Of a stretch of DNA of 36,894 nucleotides, positions 1-8,175 are shown piece after piece (position 1 is the first letter of the stretch; each line of letters begins with the position of its first letter). The notes under the pieces are model-generated. The model had not been told where the DNA came from, did not search any database, and saw nothing but the letters and a program-made list of their open reading frames with translations. The position numbers were made by a program, and so were the translations under genes. Origin of the DNA: Elusimicrobiota bacterium (GTDB lineage: Bacteria; Elusimicrobiota; Elusimicrobia; Elusimicrobiales; UBA9959); contig DAOWGR010000023.1 in NCBI GenBank assembly GCA_030637365.1, positions 1 to 36,894 on the forward strand, in the 5' to 3' direction.

Positions 1-732
1 GTTAGAAAATTGATGCCGGGCGAAAATATTATTTATTTCGGGGATACCGCCAGAGTTCCTTACGGAACCAAATCCGCTGATTCGGTTGTGGATTTCTCCT
101 CGCAAATTTCAAATTATCTAATATCAAAAAAAATTAAAATACTGGTTGTTGCTTGCAATACTTCAAGCGCTCTTGCCATTGATAAGCTTAGAAGGAGTAT
201 GGGCGCGCCGGTAGTGGGGGTTATAGAGCCGAGTGTGAATGCTGTTTGCGCCGACGCGAAAAATAAAAAAATTCTTATTCTTGCCACAAGTTCCACCGTT
301 AAAAGTCGGGCGTATTCAAGGCAATTAAATAAAAAAAATAAGAAACTTTCAGTGTATGAAAAAGCCTGTCCTCTTTTTGTTCCAATTATTGAGGAGGGGT
401 GCGCCGGCAAGGATTTTGCCAAGCAAATAGTCAAAGAATATTTATTGCCTTTAAAGAAAAAGAAATTTGACACTATGATATTGGGGTGCACTCATTATCC
501 AATGTTAAAAAAAGTTATCCGAGAGGTGATGGGGAAAAAAGTAAGCGTGATTAACTCTTCCGCTCAGGCGGCGGCGGATGTTTATGAGAAACTGTTTGAT
601 TTGAAATTGCTTAATAAATCCAAAAAAGGTTATGAGCGTTTTATAGTAAGCGATGATCCTGAAAAATTCATGACGCTTGCCGGCAAACTGCTTGATATTG
701 AAATTAAAGAACTGGAAATCAAAAGATTTTAA
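1..732 (+). CDS. murI: Glutamate racemase, 5' end cut by window edge
   Basis: Frame 1 is open from nt 1. The translation contains IYFGDTARVPYGTKS, VVACNTSSA and ILGCTHYP, the two catalytic-Cys motifs of Asp/Glu racemases. Stop TAA at 730-732. Confidence 0.9.
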   Translation, partial: VRKLMPGENIIYFGDTARVPYGTKSADSVVDFSSQISNYLISKKIKILVVACNTSSALAIDKLRRSMGAPVVGVIEPSVNAVCADAKNKKILILATSSTVKSRAYSRQLNKKNKKLSVYEKACPLFVPIIEEGCAGKDFAKQIVKEYLLPLKKKKFDTMILGCTHYPMLKKVIREVMGKKVSVINSSAQAAADVYEKLFDLKLLNKSKKGYERFIVSDDPEKFMTLAGKLLDIEIKELEIKRF

Positions 733-796
733 AAATGTTCGCGATGAGATATTTTTTATCGGAAGGTTAATATTTGATAGAATATGTTTTTAATTG

Positions 797-848
797 CCCT
801 TCCCGCCCGCTTCTTTGCCGAATTGCGGTCTGTAAGCGAGTGGTGGGG
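797..848 (+). repeat. Short (about 52 nt) relative of the palindromic element found at 1766-1846 and 13710-13787
   Basis: Left arm CCTTCCCGCCCGCTT (798-812) pairs with right arm AAGCGAGTGGTGGGG (834-848): 10 Watson-Crick pairs, 3 G-U pairs, 2 mismatches. The right arm is 13/15 identical to AAGCGGGTGGTGGGA of the copy at 1832-1846. The interior is much shorter than in the two long copies. Confidence 0.4.
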
Positions 849-863
849 TTAGTGAGGTGCGAC

Positions 864-1052
864 ATGAAAAGAAAAGCGTTGGTTAAATATCTTGTGCAAC
901 AGGGTTGCAAACTTTTAAGGGAAGGCGGCAAGTATTCCATTTTTGTCAATTCCAAAACTGAAAAAGAAGTTCCGGTAACGAGACACACGGAAATCGCGGA
1001 TTTCACCGCAAGAAAAATATGCAAGGATTTAGGCGTAAAGCCCGTCAGATAA
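864..1052 (+). CDS. hicA: HicA/YcfA-family toxin-like protein (62 aa), no adjacent HicB
   Basis: ATG at 864 is preceded by GTGAGG. MKRKALVKYLVQQGCKLLREGGKYSIFVNSKTEKEVPVTRHTEIADFTARKICKDLGV fits the HicA pattern (REGGxH...V/PRHxEI...ARKIxxxLG). The ORF-track start at 774 is an upstream extension running through the repeat at 797-848. Confidence 0.75.
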   Translation: MKRKALVKYLVQQGCKLLREGGKYSIFVNSKTEKEVPVTRHTEIADFTARKICKDLGVKPVR

Positions 1053-1114
1053 CCCACACACTTACATATTGTCTACAGCTTATTTTAGAGAAAATTTCTA
1101 AGTATAATGTAAGT

Positions 1115-1534
1115 GTGAGGGTAAATTCATTATCGTTATCAATTAATTGGATAAGAATTTCCATAGTTTTATTTTCTTTTATTCTTTTTTGCGCTTGCGC
1201 GAGTAAAATGGATATTCTTCAAACCGGTCCGTGGTCTGATAAGCGCGATTTTAAAGATATTAAGCATTTTATATCAAGAAAACAAATTGAAAAGCCTTGG
1301 ATTGCCATAGCTGTTATTCGCGGCTATAAAGTTAATCCGTCTGATAGAAAAAGTATAAACAAACAGATTGAAAAGGCAAAAAAAATGGCCGCGGACATAG
1401 GAGCCGACGCGGTGGTATTGGAGGAGGGGGCGGTTCCTGAAAAAACTTCTTTTACTGAAGATATTGGGAAAGTTTTTTTAACGGGCATTGCCATAAAATA
1501 TGTTGCCGAAGATTACTCAAAACCAAAAAAATAA
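1115..1534 (+). CDS. Small secreted protein or lipoprotein, unknown function (start uncertain)
   Basis: Hydrophobic leader IRISIVLFSFILFCACAS has a lipobox-like FCAC, followed by a hydrophilic 100-aa domain. The ORF-track start at 1019 overlaps hicA, so GTG at 1115 is a more plausible start. No family recognised. Confidence 0.45.
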   Translation: MRVNSLSLSINWIRISIVLFSFILFCACASKMDILQTGPWSDKRDFKDIKHFISRKQIEKPWIAIAVIRGYKVNPSDRKSINKQIEKAKKMAADIGADAVVLEEGAVPEKTSFTEDIGKVFLTGIAIKYVAEDYSKPKK

Positions 1535-2321
1535 ATATTCCGTTCGAGTCGCCTATGACGCCGATGAGATTAAGAAATGGAATGGAAGAGTCATTGTCGT
1601 GGATTTATTCCGGTTCTCAAATACCGTTTGCGCTCTTATGGCAAGCGGGAGAAAAAACATAAAAGTGTATTCAGAACCCAAATTCGCAGTTATCGCTAAA
1701 AAAAACGCTAAAAACACCGATTTGTTTTCAGAGATTGATTTTCCAGCCATTGACAGATATGACAATCCCACCACCCGCTTATCCCGCTTAAAAGCGGGAT
1801 CAAAAAAAACAAGCGGCGCCAATGGCGCCGCAAGCGGGTGGTGGGACAATTCCCCGTATCTTGCCATGAATTCCACTGACGCCTCCAAGGACGCTATTAT
1901 CGTAACCTGTTCGGGCGCGAAAACGGTTATGGCCGCGCATTGCGCCAAAGAAATAATTATAGGCTGTTTTGCCAATATGCCGCAGCTTTGCGAATACGCG
2001 AAAAAAAATAAAATGAATACTCTGATAGCGCCGGCCTGTATTTTTTATGATAGAAATCATGTGGAAGATTTTATATGTTCGCGCGCTTTACAAGACGCGT
2101 TTAATGGAAAAGATACTTTTCACGCCGCTCTTGAAGAAATACATAAAAGTTCCAGAATTCTTGATTTTATGGCTTTTAGGCCGGAAAACGGAAGAAAAGA
2201 TATTGAAATGATATTGAAGAAAGGAACAATGAAAATTTTACCGAAGGTTGTTATAAGGGGAGTTTTTGCCGAGGTTTTTGATGTTTTAGGCTGTGAAGCG
2301 GGGGCGCGAAATGAAGTTTAA
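1500..2321 (+). CDS. 2-phosphosulfolactate phosphatase (ComB) family-like protein carrying a 28-codon palindromic-element insert
   Basis: VIVVDLFRFSNTV, D-NSP (split by the insert), VTCSGAKTV and VEDFICSRAL resemble the ComB/2-ph_phosp family layout. Overlaps the preceding ORF by 35 nt and queC by 11 nt. Confidence 0.6.
   Translation: MLPKITQNQKNKYSVRVAYDADEIKKWNGRVIVVDLFRFSNTVCALMASGRKNIKVYSEPKFAVIAKKNAKNTDLFSEIDFPAIDRYDNPTTRLSRLKAGSKKTSGANGAASGWWDNSPYLAMNSTDASKDAIIVTCSGAKTVMAAHCAKEIIIGCFANMPQLCEYAKKNKMNTLIAPACIFYDRNHVEDFICSRALQDAFNGKDTFHAALEEIHKSSRILDFMAFRPENGRKDIEMILKKGTMKILPKVVIRGVFAEVFDVLGCEAGARNEV
1766..1846 (+). repeat. 81-nt palindromic element (copy A), translated in frame within the ComB-like gene
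   Basis: Perfect 15-bp terminal inverted repeat, TCCCACCACCCGCTT (1766-1780) and AAGCGGGTGGTGGGA (1832-1846). Internal hairpins ATCCCGCTT/AAGCGGGAT (1781-1800) and GCGGCGCC-AAT-GGCGCCGC (1813-1831). A8 run at 1802-1809. Direct ACAAT at 1762-1766 and 1846-1850. Confidence 0.85.
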
Positions 2322-3000
2322 GAAAAAAGCGGTTATTATGTTTTCAGGCGGGCTTGATTCCACCGCGGCATTGTGTTGGGCGATGGATAAAGGTTATGAA
2401 TGCAACGCCATAACCGTTTCATACGGCCAAAAACATATTAGAGAGAAAAAAAGCGCTCAAAAAATAGCCAAGGTGCTTGGAGTTAAATTATTTGATTTAA
2501 ATTTGGATTTACCATGGCTTAAAAGCAGTTCATTGGTTGACAAAAACAAAAAGATTCCTGATTTTGAAATTTCCGAAATAAGCGGCAAAAGCATTCCGTC
2601 CACTTATGTGCCGGGCAGAAATTTAATTTTCGCGTCCATAGGAGTTTCTTTGGCTGATTCCATTGGAGCTGACGCGGTAATTTTGGGACCGAATATAGTT
2701 GATTATTCCGGCTATCCCGATTGTCGTCCGGTATTTTATAATGCTTTGGAAAAAGCCGTTAATTATGGAACGAAAATCGGAAGTTCGGGCGGTAAAATAA
2801 AACTGCTTATGCCATTGATTAAGATGAGCAAAGCGGATATTGTAAGGCTTTCAATTAAATTAAAAGCTCCGATTAAGCATACTTGGTCATGTTATTCGGG
2901 CTTAAAATATCCATGCGGCGCGTGCGATTCATGCAAGCTTAGGGCCAAAGGTTTCGCCGAGGCGGGTGTCGCGGACCCCGCGTTAAAAGAGAATGCTTAA
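2311..3000 (+). CDS. queC: 7-cyano-7-deazaguanine synthase
   Basis: MKFKKKAVIMFSGGLDSTAALCWA (PP-loop SGGxDS), and a C-terminal Zn cluster CYSG...PCGACDSCKLRAKGF. ATG at 2311 is preceded by GGGGGCG. The ORF-track start at 2293 is an upstream extension. Confidence 0.9.
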   Translation: MKFKKKAVIMFSGGLDSTAALCWAMDKGYECNAITVSYGQKHIREKKSAQKIAKVLGVKLFDLNLDLPWLKSSSLVDKNKKIPDFEISEISGKSIPSTYVPGRNLIFASIGVSLADSIGADAVILGPNIVDYSGYPDCRPVFYNALEKAVNYGTKIGSSGGKIKLLMPLIKMSKADIVRLSIKLKAPIKHTWSCYSGLKYPCGACDSCKLRAKGFAEAGVADPALKENA

Positions 3001-3685
3001 AGCCAAAATAGCGGAAATATTTTGTTCAATTCAAGGCGAGGGTTTATACCTCGGCCAAAAGCAGATTTTTATAAGATTTGCCGGCTGTAATTTATTATGT
3101 GATTATTGCGATGAGCCCAAAGCTTTGCAAAGCGGCAAATTTCCCGCCCAATCTTTCGGGCAGGTTATTAAAAAAATTAAATCGCTGCAAAAAAAAGAAA
3201 ATCCCGAAGCGGTTTCTTTAACCGGCGGGGAGCCGTTGTTGCAGGCGGCTTTCATGGAAAAGCTCTTGCCGATGATTAAAAACACTGGGCTTCAAATTCA
3301 TTTGGAAACAAATGCCGTTTTGGTTGAAGAACTAAAAAGAATAGCTAAAATGACGGATGTTATAGCCGCCGATATAAAATTTCCGAGCTCTACGGGAAAT
3401 TCTTTTTGGACTGAGCATGAGAAATTTTTAAAGATAGCTCCTAAAAAAACTTTTGTTAAGCTTGTCGTCACGAATAAAACGAAAGCGGCGGAAATTAAAA
3501 AAGCGTTTTCAATGGTTAAAAAGGTTTATTCCAAAATACCGGTTTTTTTGCAGCCTGTCACGGAAAAGGGTGAAATAAAAAAACCCGGCAAGGAGTTTTT
3601 TGACAGGGTTGAAAAAATTTCTTCAAATATGGAAATGAAGTATAAAATTTTACCTCAACAACACCCGCTATGGGGAATAAAATAA
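2993..3685 (+). CDS. queE: 7-carboxy-7-deazaguanine synthase (radical SAM)
   Basis: IAEIFCSIQGEGLYLGQKQIFIRFAGCNLLCDYCDE carries the QueE N-terminal motif and the CxxxCxxC radical-SAM cluster. The start overlaps the queC stop (ATGCTTAA). Confidence 0.85.
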   Translation: MLKAKIAEIFCSIQGEGLYLGQKQIFIRFAGCNLLCDYCDEPKALQSGKFPAQSFGQVIKKIKSLQKKENPEAVSLTGGEPLLQAAFMEKLLPMIKNTGLQIHLETNAVLVEELKRIAKMTDVIAADIKFPSSTGNSFWTEHEKFLKIAPKKTFVKLVVTNKTKAAEIKKAFSMVKKVYSKIPVFLQPVTEKGEIKKPGKEFFDRVEKISSNMEMKYKILPQQHPLWGIK

Positions 3686-4011
3686 AGAAGGCGGAAACAG
3701 AAAAAATGAGTGAAGAAACTTTTTTAATTGATTGTCCATTATGCGAAGCCGGGATAGAAGTTGAGAGAAGAACTGGTAAGGTTATAAAACATTGGAAAAA
3801 GCTCAAGCTGAAAAAAGGGGAGGATCCTTTTAAAAAAGCTCTTGAGGGAATCAAGGATAATAAAAATAAACTGGATGATTATTTTTCCGGAGCTCAAGAT
3901 TCCATGGAGAATAAAAAGAAGGAGCTTTTGGATAAATTTGAAAAAGAAAAGAAAAGGATTAAAGATTCCGGCGATACTTCAAAACCGATTAATCCCATGG
4001 ATTTGGATTAA
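3670..4011 (+). CDS. Hypothetical Lys/Glu-rich small protein with a single CPLC motif
   Basis: ORF overlaps the queE end by 16 nt, with an alternative start at ATG 3706. It is followed by a terminator at 4145-4172. No family recognised. Confidence 0.45.
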   Translation: MGNKIKKAETEKMSEETFLIDCPLCEAGIEVERRTGKVIKHWKKLKLKKGEDPFKKALEGIKDNKNKLDDYFSGAQDSMENKKKELLDKFEKEKKRIKDSGDTSKPINPMDLD

Positions 4012-4144
4012 TATAGGGTATAGGGGACAGGGCAGAGGGTGTGGAAGACCGGTGACATAAGATGTAAAAGATTGGAAATTTGTTCGTTATGCTCACAAAA
4101 TTATCCTATTTTTATTGAACGAAATAAACGCTATTTGTGTCATT

Positions 4145-4172
4145 GGACCTATATTTATATAGGTCCTTTTTT
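4145..4172 (+). terminator. Rho-independent terminator closing the queCE unit
   Basis: GGACCTATAT-TT-ATATAGGTCC is a perfect 10-bp stem followed by TTTTTT. Confidence 0.7.
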
Positions 4173-4231
4173 ATTGTTTTTATGCCTTCCTTTCCCTTAC
4201 GGGGATTAGAATTTGTATATAGAATATCAGT

Positions 4232-6133
4232 ATGGCAAACAAGAGGAATTTCATTTTTAGAGCTTTCTTTATGTTTTTTATCTCATTGCAATTGGCCGCG
4301 GGCCAATCGGCTATTGCTTTGGATAAAGATGATGAAATCGGAGATTACAGAGAAAAAATAATAAATACGGCCAGGGAGCTTGGCATTGGCGTTTATGAGG
4401 ATTGGCCCGTTGAATTTGCCTGCGAAGACAATGATTTTAAAAGCGAAGAAATTATTTTTTCAGAACCTGTAAATTTTGGACAAACTTTTGAAGTTCCGCC
4501 GCCGGCGTTCGCATACGCGGATGAAAACAATCAAAACGGCGTTGGCAAAGGGCAAAAATTTAAAATCGGTCAAACGGCGATTAAGCGTCATGATGTTTCC
4601 GCCGGGCGAGCCGCGCCAAAAACAGCGGTTGAAGAGAAGGCCGGAGAATCGTCTTTTTTTAGGAAAGTTTTCACCGGAGTCAAAAATTTCTTTGGTTCAA
4701 TCTTTAAAAAAAATGACCAAACGGAGTCTCAACGGACAAATCGGACTCGGATTTCAAACAAGGTTGAAAAAACCACTTTAGCCGATGAAGTCAAAATATT
4801 TGGATGTCTGGTTACTTTTTTTTACGCTCTTAAAGCCAAAATAATGGACTATGGTTTTTTGCCGTGGACTACCGCCGCTCCGTCATTTGATGAAATATCC
4901 AAAAACGCGATAGCCATGTTAAAAAATTCCGATTTCAAGCAGAGAAAGGCGGGTCAAACATCTTTGCTTAAAGAAGAAGGCTTTATAAAAGAATTGGAAA
5001 TATTATCCGGGGCCAAATTCACTGAAGGAAATACGGTAAAGTTTTTGGTAGACGGCGCGTCTTTCATTGTGAAGTATAAGTTTATAAGAGAGGCGAAAAA
5101 AAGCGTTCATATCGCCAATTACGCTTTTCACGACGATATTACCGGCAATGAAACCGCTGATATGCTTATAGCCAAGAAGAATGAGGGGCTTGATATTAAG
5201 ATAATCGTTGATCATAAAGTCGCTTACATGCTCGGAGGAAAAGTTATTAAACGCATGCAAAAAGCCGGCATAGAAATTTTGCGCTATATGGAATCTGACA
5301 GAACGGGGGATATTTGGCACGCAAAGTTGCAGATAGTGGATGATAAATACGCTATTGTCGGCGGCATGAATTATGGCGATTATTATTCGCATAAAAATCC
5401 CAATGGCCAAAAATGGCGAGATACCGATGTTCTTTATTTTGGCCCGGCCGTAATGGAGACAAAGAAAATCTTTGCCGAAGTTTGGAACAATATGGCCGCG
5501 GAAAAGGGTTTTGAACGCGTGGATATGAATATTCAGCCAAAACCGGATTTTAATGAAGGTTCTTCGCGCGTCGCCGTTGTTTATCAAAATCCTCCGGCGG
5601 CTTCATCCTCGCCGATACTTATGAGTATCCTTAAAGCCATTTACGGCGCGACTGAACGCGTTAACATTGAAAATGCTTATGTTATCGCCATTCCCGCCGT
5701 TAAATATGCCATATTGGATGCCAGAGCGCGAGGTGTTAAAGTAAATGTGCTGACCAATTCAAAGGAAAGCATAGATTGTGACGGTAAACCTATGGCTGAT
5801 GTTATAATTAAAGGACTTAGGCCGTTAATTCGCGCCGGCGTAAAAGTATACTTAAAAAAAGGCGATACGCTTCACAGCAAGTTTATGACTGTTGACGGTG
5901 TTTTTTGTTCCGTCGGCTCCTATAATTTGCATCCCAGGAGTGAAAGATTTGATACGGAATTAAATATAAACATTATCGATTCCGCGAGTGTCGGGCGGCT
6001 TGATTCAATATTCGCCAAAGATTTGGCCAAAGCCATTAAAATAAATTCCGTGGAAGATCTTAATTATAAGTCGAGCTGGTTGTCAAGAATAATAGAAAAA
6101 TATTTCTATGCCATCTTGTCTTCAAACAAATAA
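4232..6133 (+). CDS. Secreted phospholipase D / cardiolipin-synthase-like superfamily protein, copy 1 (two HKD motifs)
   Basis: Signal peptide FIFRAFFMFFISLQLAAGQSAIA. HKD motifs WHAKLQIVDDKYAIVGGMNY and LHSKFMTVDGVFCSVGSYNL. An N-terminal region of about 250 aa has no recognisable family. Confidence 0.85.
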   Translation: MANKRNFIFRAFFMFFISLQLAAGQSAIALDKDDEIGDYREKIINTARELGIGVYEDWPVEFACEDNDFKSEEIIFSEPVNFGQTFEVPPPAFAYADENNQNGVGKGQKFKIGQTAIKRHDVSAGRAAPKTAVEEKAGESSFFRKVFTGVKNFFGSIFKKNDQTESQRTNRTRISNKVEKTTLADEVKIFGCLVTFFYALKAKIMDYGFLPWTTAAPSFDEISKNAIAMLKNSDFKQRKAGQTSLLKEEGFIKELEILSGAKFTEGNTVKFLVDGASFIVKYKFIREAKKSVHIANYAFHDDITGNETADMLIAKKNEGLDIKIIVDHKVAYMLGGKVIKRMQKAGIEILRYMESDRTGDIWHAKLQIVDDKYAIVGGMNYGDYYSHKNPNGQKWRDTDVLYFGPAVMETKKIFAEVWNNMAAEKGFERVDMNIQPKPDFNEGSSRVAVVYQNPPAASSSPILMSILKAIYGATERVNIENAYVIAIPAVKYAILDARARGVKVNVLTNSKESIDCDGKPMADVIIKGLRPLIRAGVKVYLKKGDTLHSKFMTVDGVFCSVGSYNLHPRSERFDTELNINIIDSASVGRLDSIFAKDLAKAIKINSVEDLNYKSSWLSRIIEKYFYAILSSNK

Positions 6134-6150
6134 AAAGAACTTAACAGATT

Positions 6151-8094
6151 ATGGAAAGAATACAGAATATTAATTTGATAACCAAGAGGAATTTTATTTT
6201 CAGAACTTTCTTTATATTTGTTGTTTCATTGCAATTGGCCGCGGGACAATCGGCGATTGCTTTGGATAAAGATGCTGAAATCGGCGATTACAGAGAAAAG
6301 ATAATAAATACGGCCAAGGAGCTTGGCATTGGCGTTTATGAAGATTTGCCCGTTGAATTTGCCGGCGCCACAAGCGGGCGGCGGAATAATTATTCCAAAT
6401 ATGAAAAGTTTGTTTCTTCAAAAACTTTAAATTTTAGAAAAATACCTGAGGTTCCGCCGCCGGCGTTCGCATACGCGAATGAAAATAATCAAAACGGTTT
6501 TGGCAAAGGGAAAGAATTTAAAATTGATCAAACGGAGATTAAGCGTCATGATGTTTCCAATGGGCGCGCGATGCCAAAAACAGCGGCTGAAGAGAAGGCC
6601 GGCGAGCCGTCTTTTTTCGTGAAAGGTTTCACCGGAGTAAGAAATTTCTTTGGTTCAATCTTTAAAAAAAATGACCAAACGGATTCTCGGCGGCAGGTTT
6701 CAAGGAAAATTTCAAAACCGTCTGTCATTGACAATATCAGAGTATGCTGGGGTTATGTATTTAATCTCTTTCACGCCATGAGAGCTGTAATTGTCGATTC
6801 CGGTTTTTTGCCGGGCACTATCGCGGTTCCGTCATTTGATGAAATATCCAAAAACGCCATAGCTATGGTAAAAAATTCCGATTTTAAGCCGAGAAAAGCC
6901 GGACAGCCGTCTTTGCTTAAAGAAGAAGGCTTCATAAAAGAATTGGAAATATTATCCCAAGCGAAGTTTACCGAAGGCAATACGATTAAGTTTCTCATAG
7001 ACGGCAAAGTTTCTTTTGCCATGAAGGATAAACTTATGAAAGAAGCGAAAAAAAGCGTTTATATAGGAGCCTATCTCTTTTTTGACGATATAACCGGTAA
7101 TGAGACCGCCGATATACTTATAGCCAAGAAGAAACAAGGCCTTGATATTAAGATAATTGTTGATCATAAAATCGCTTGTGTGCTCGGAGCAAGAGTTATT
7201 AAACGCATGCAAAAAGCCGGCATAGAAATTTTGCGCTATATGGAATCTGACAGACGGGGGGATTATTGGCATGTAAAATTGTTGATAGTGGATGATAAAT
7301 ACGCTATTGTCGGCGGCATGAATTATGGCGATTATTATTCGCATAAAAATCCCGATGTCCAACAGTGGCGGGATACCGATGTTCTTTATTCCGGTCCGGC
7401 CGTAATGGAGACAAAGAAAATATTTGCCGAAGTTTGGAACAATATGGCCGTTGAGAAGGGGCTTGATTTTAAAAAAATAGATATGGATATTCAGCCAAAA
7501 CCGGATTTTAATGAAGGTTTTTCGCGCGTTGCCGTCGTTTATCAAAATCCTCCGGCGGCTTCATCGTCACCGATACTTTTAAGCATCCTTAAAGCCATTT
7601 ATGGCGCGACGGAGCGCGTTAATATTGAGAATGCCTATTTTATCGCGATTCCCGCTGTTGAGCAGGCTATATTGGATGCCAGAGTGCGAGGAGTGGAGGT
7701 AAATATCCTGACCAATTCCAAGAAAAGTATAAATGAGGGAGCTAAGCAATTCATGTCCGACGCCATACTTAAAAGTCTTCCGCCATTAGTGACGGCCGGC
7801 GTTAATGTGTATATAAAACAAGGAGATAATTTACACAGCAAATTTATGACTGTTGATGGCATTTTCAGCAGTATCGGTTCGTACAATCTTCAACCAAAAT
7901 GCGAAAGATATGAAACGGAATTAAATGTAAATATTATTGATGCCGCAAGTGTCGGGCGGCTTGACGCGGTATTCGCGAAAGACATATCCGAAGCAAAAAA
8001 AATAAATTCAATAGACGAACTTAATCATAATCCCGGTTGGTTGGCGCGAATATTGGAGAAGTATTTCTTTTCCATGCTTTCGCCGGAAAAATAA
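6151..8094 (+). CDS. Secreted PLD-superfamily protein, copy 2
   Basis: Paralogue of copy 1, starting 17 nt after its stop. HKD motifs WHVKLLIVDDKYAIVGGMNY and LHSKFMTVDGIFSSIGSYNL. TTG at 6175 is an alternative start that aligns with the copy 1 start. Confidence 0.85.
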   Translation: MERIQNINLITKRNFIFRTFFIFVVSLQLAAGQSAIALDKDAEIGDYREKIINTAKELGIGVYEDLPVEFAGATSGRRNNYSKYEKFVSSKTLNFRKIPEVPPPAFAYANENNQNGFGKGKEFKIDQTEIKRHDVSNGRAMPKTAAEEKAGEPSFFVKGFTGVRNFFGSIFKKNDQTDSRRQVSRKISKPSVIDNIRVCWGYVFNLFHAMRAVIVDSGFLPGTIAVPSFDEISKNAIAMVKNSDFKPRKAGQPSLLKEEGFIKELEILSQAKFTEGNTIKFLIDGKVSFAMKDKLMKEAKKSVYIGAYLFFDDITGNETADILIAKKKQGLDIKIIVDHKIACVLGARVIKRMQKAGIEILRYMESDRRGDYWHVKLLIVDDKYAIVGGMNYGDYYSHKNPDVQQWRDTDVLYSGPAVMETKKIFAEVWNNMAVEKGLDFKKIDMDIQPKPDFNEGFSRVAVVYQNPPAASSSPILLSILKAIYGATERVNIENAYFIAIPAVEQAILDARVRGVEVNILTNSKKSINEGAKQFMSDAILKSLPPLVTAGVNVYIKQGDNLHSKFMTVDGIFSSIGSYNLQPKCERYETELNVNIIDAASVGRLDAVFAKDISEAKKINSIDELNHNPGWLARILEKYFFSMLSPEK

Positions 8095-8175
8095 GAGTCC
8101 GTTTAAACAGTTTTTATTACCGTGTATGCTTTTTTTCTCCATATAATAACCGGAAGACACATTTGGAGTATTAAT

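Noticed and set aside
774-863. N-terminal extension of the hicA ORF (ORF-track start at 774), giving a 92-aa protein.
   Set aside because: The extension reads through the palindromic repeat, has no homology to HicA, and begins at a non-ATG codon. ATG at 864 with an upstream GTGAGG gives a canonical 62-aa HicA.
1553-1975. Minus-strand ORFs 1553-1975 and 13614-13868 share the peptide PLAAPLAPLVFFD, which could suggest a conserved antisense gene.
   Set aside because: The shared peptide is simply the reverse-strand reading of the palindromic element, which is stop-free in several frames. The rest of each ORF is antisense to a well-supported gene.
4137-4361. ORFs 4137-4361, 4476-4781 and 8411-8605 overlap the PLD genes in other frames on the same strand.
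   Set aside because: They are Arg/Lys-rich out-of-frame readings of the PLD coding sequence. 4476-4781 and 8411-8605 resemble each other only through paralogy. There is no independent support.
5003-5587. Long antisense ORFs inside the PLD genes (194 aa at 5003-5587, 197 aa at 6952-7545, and smaller ones at 8962-9538) that are conserved between copies.
   Set aside because: They are conserved only because the sense genes are paralogues. They lie opposite strongly supported CDSs with clear HKD motifs, have no start-site signals, and have odd composition. They are shadow ORFs.
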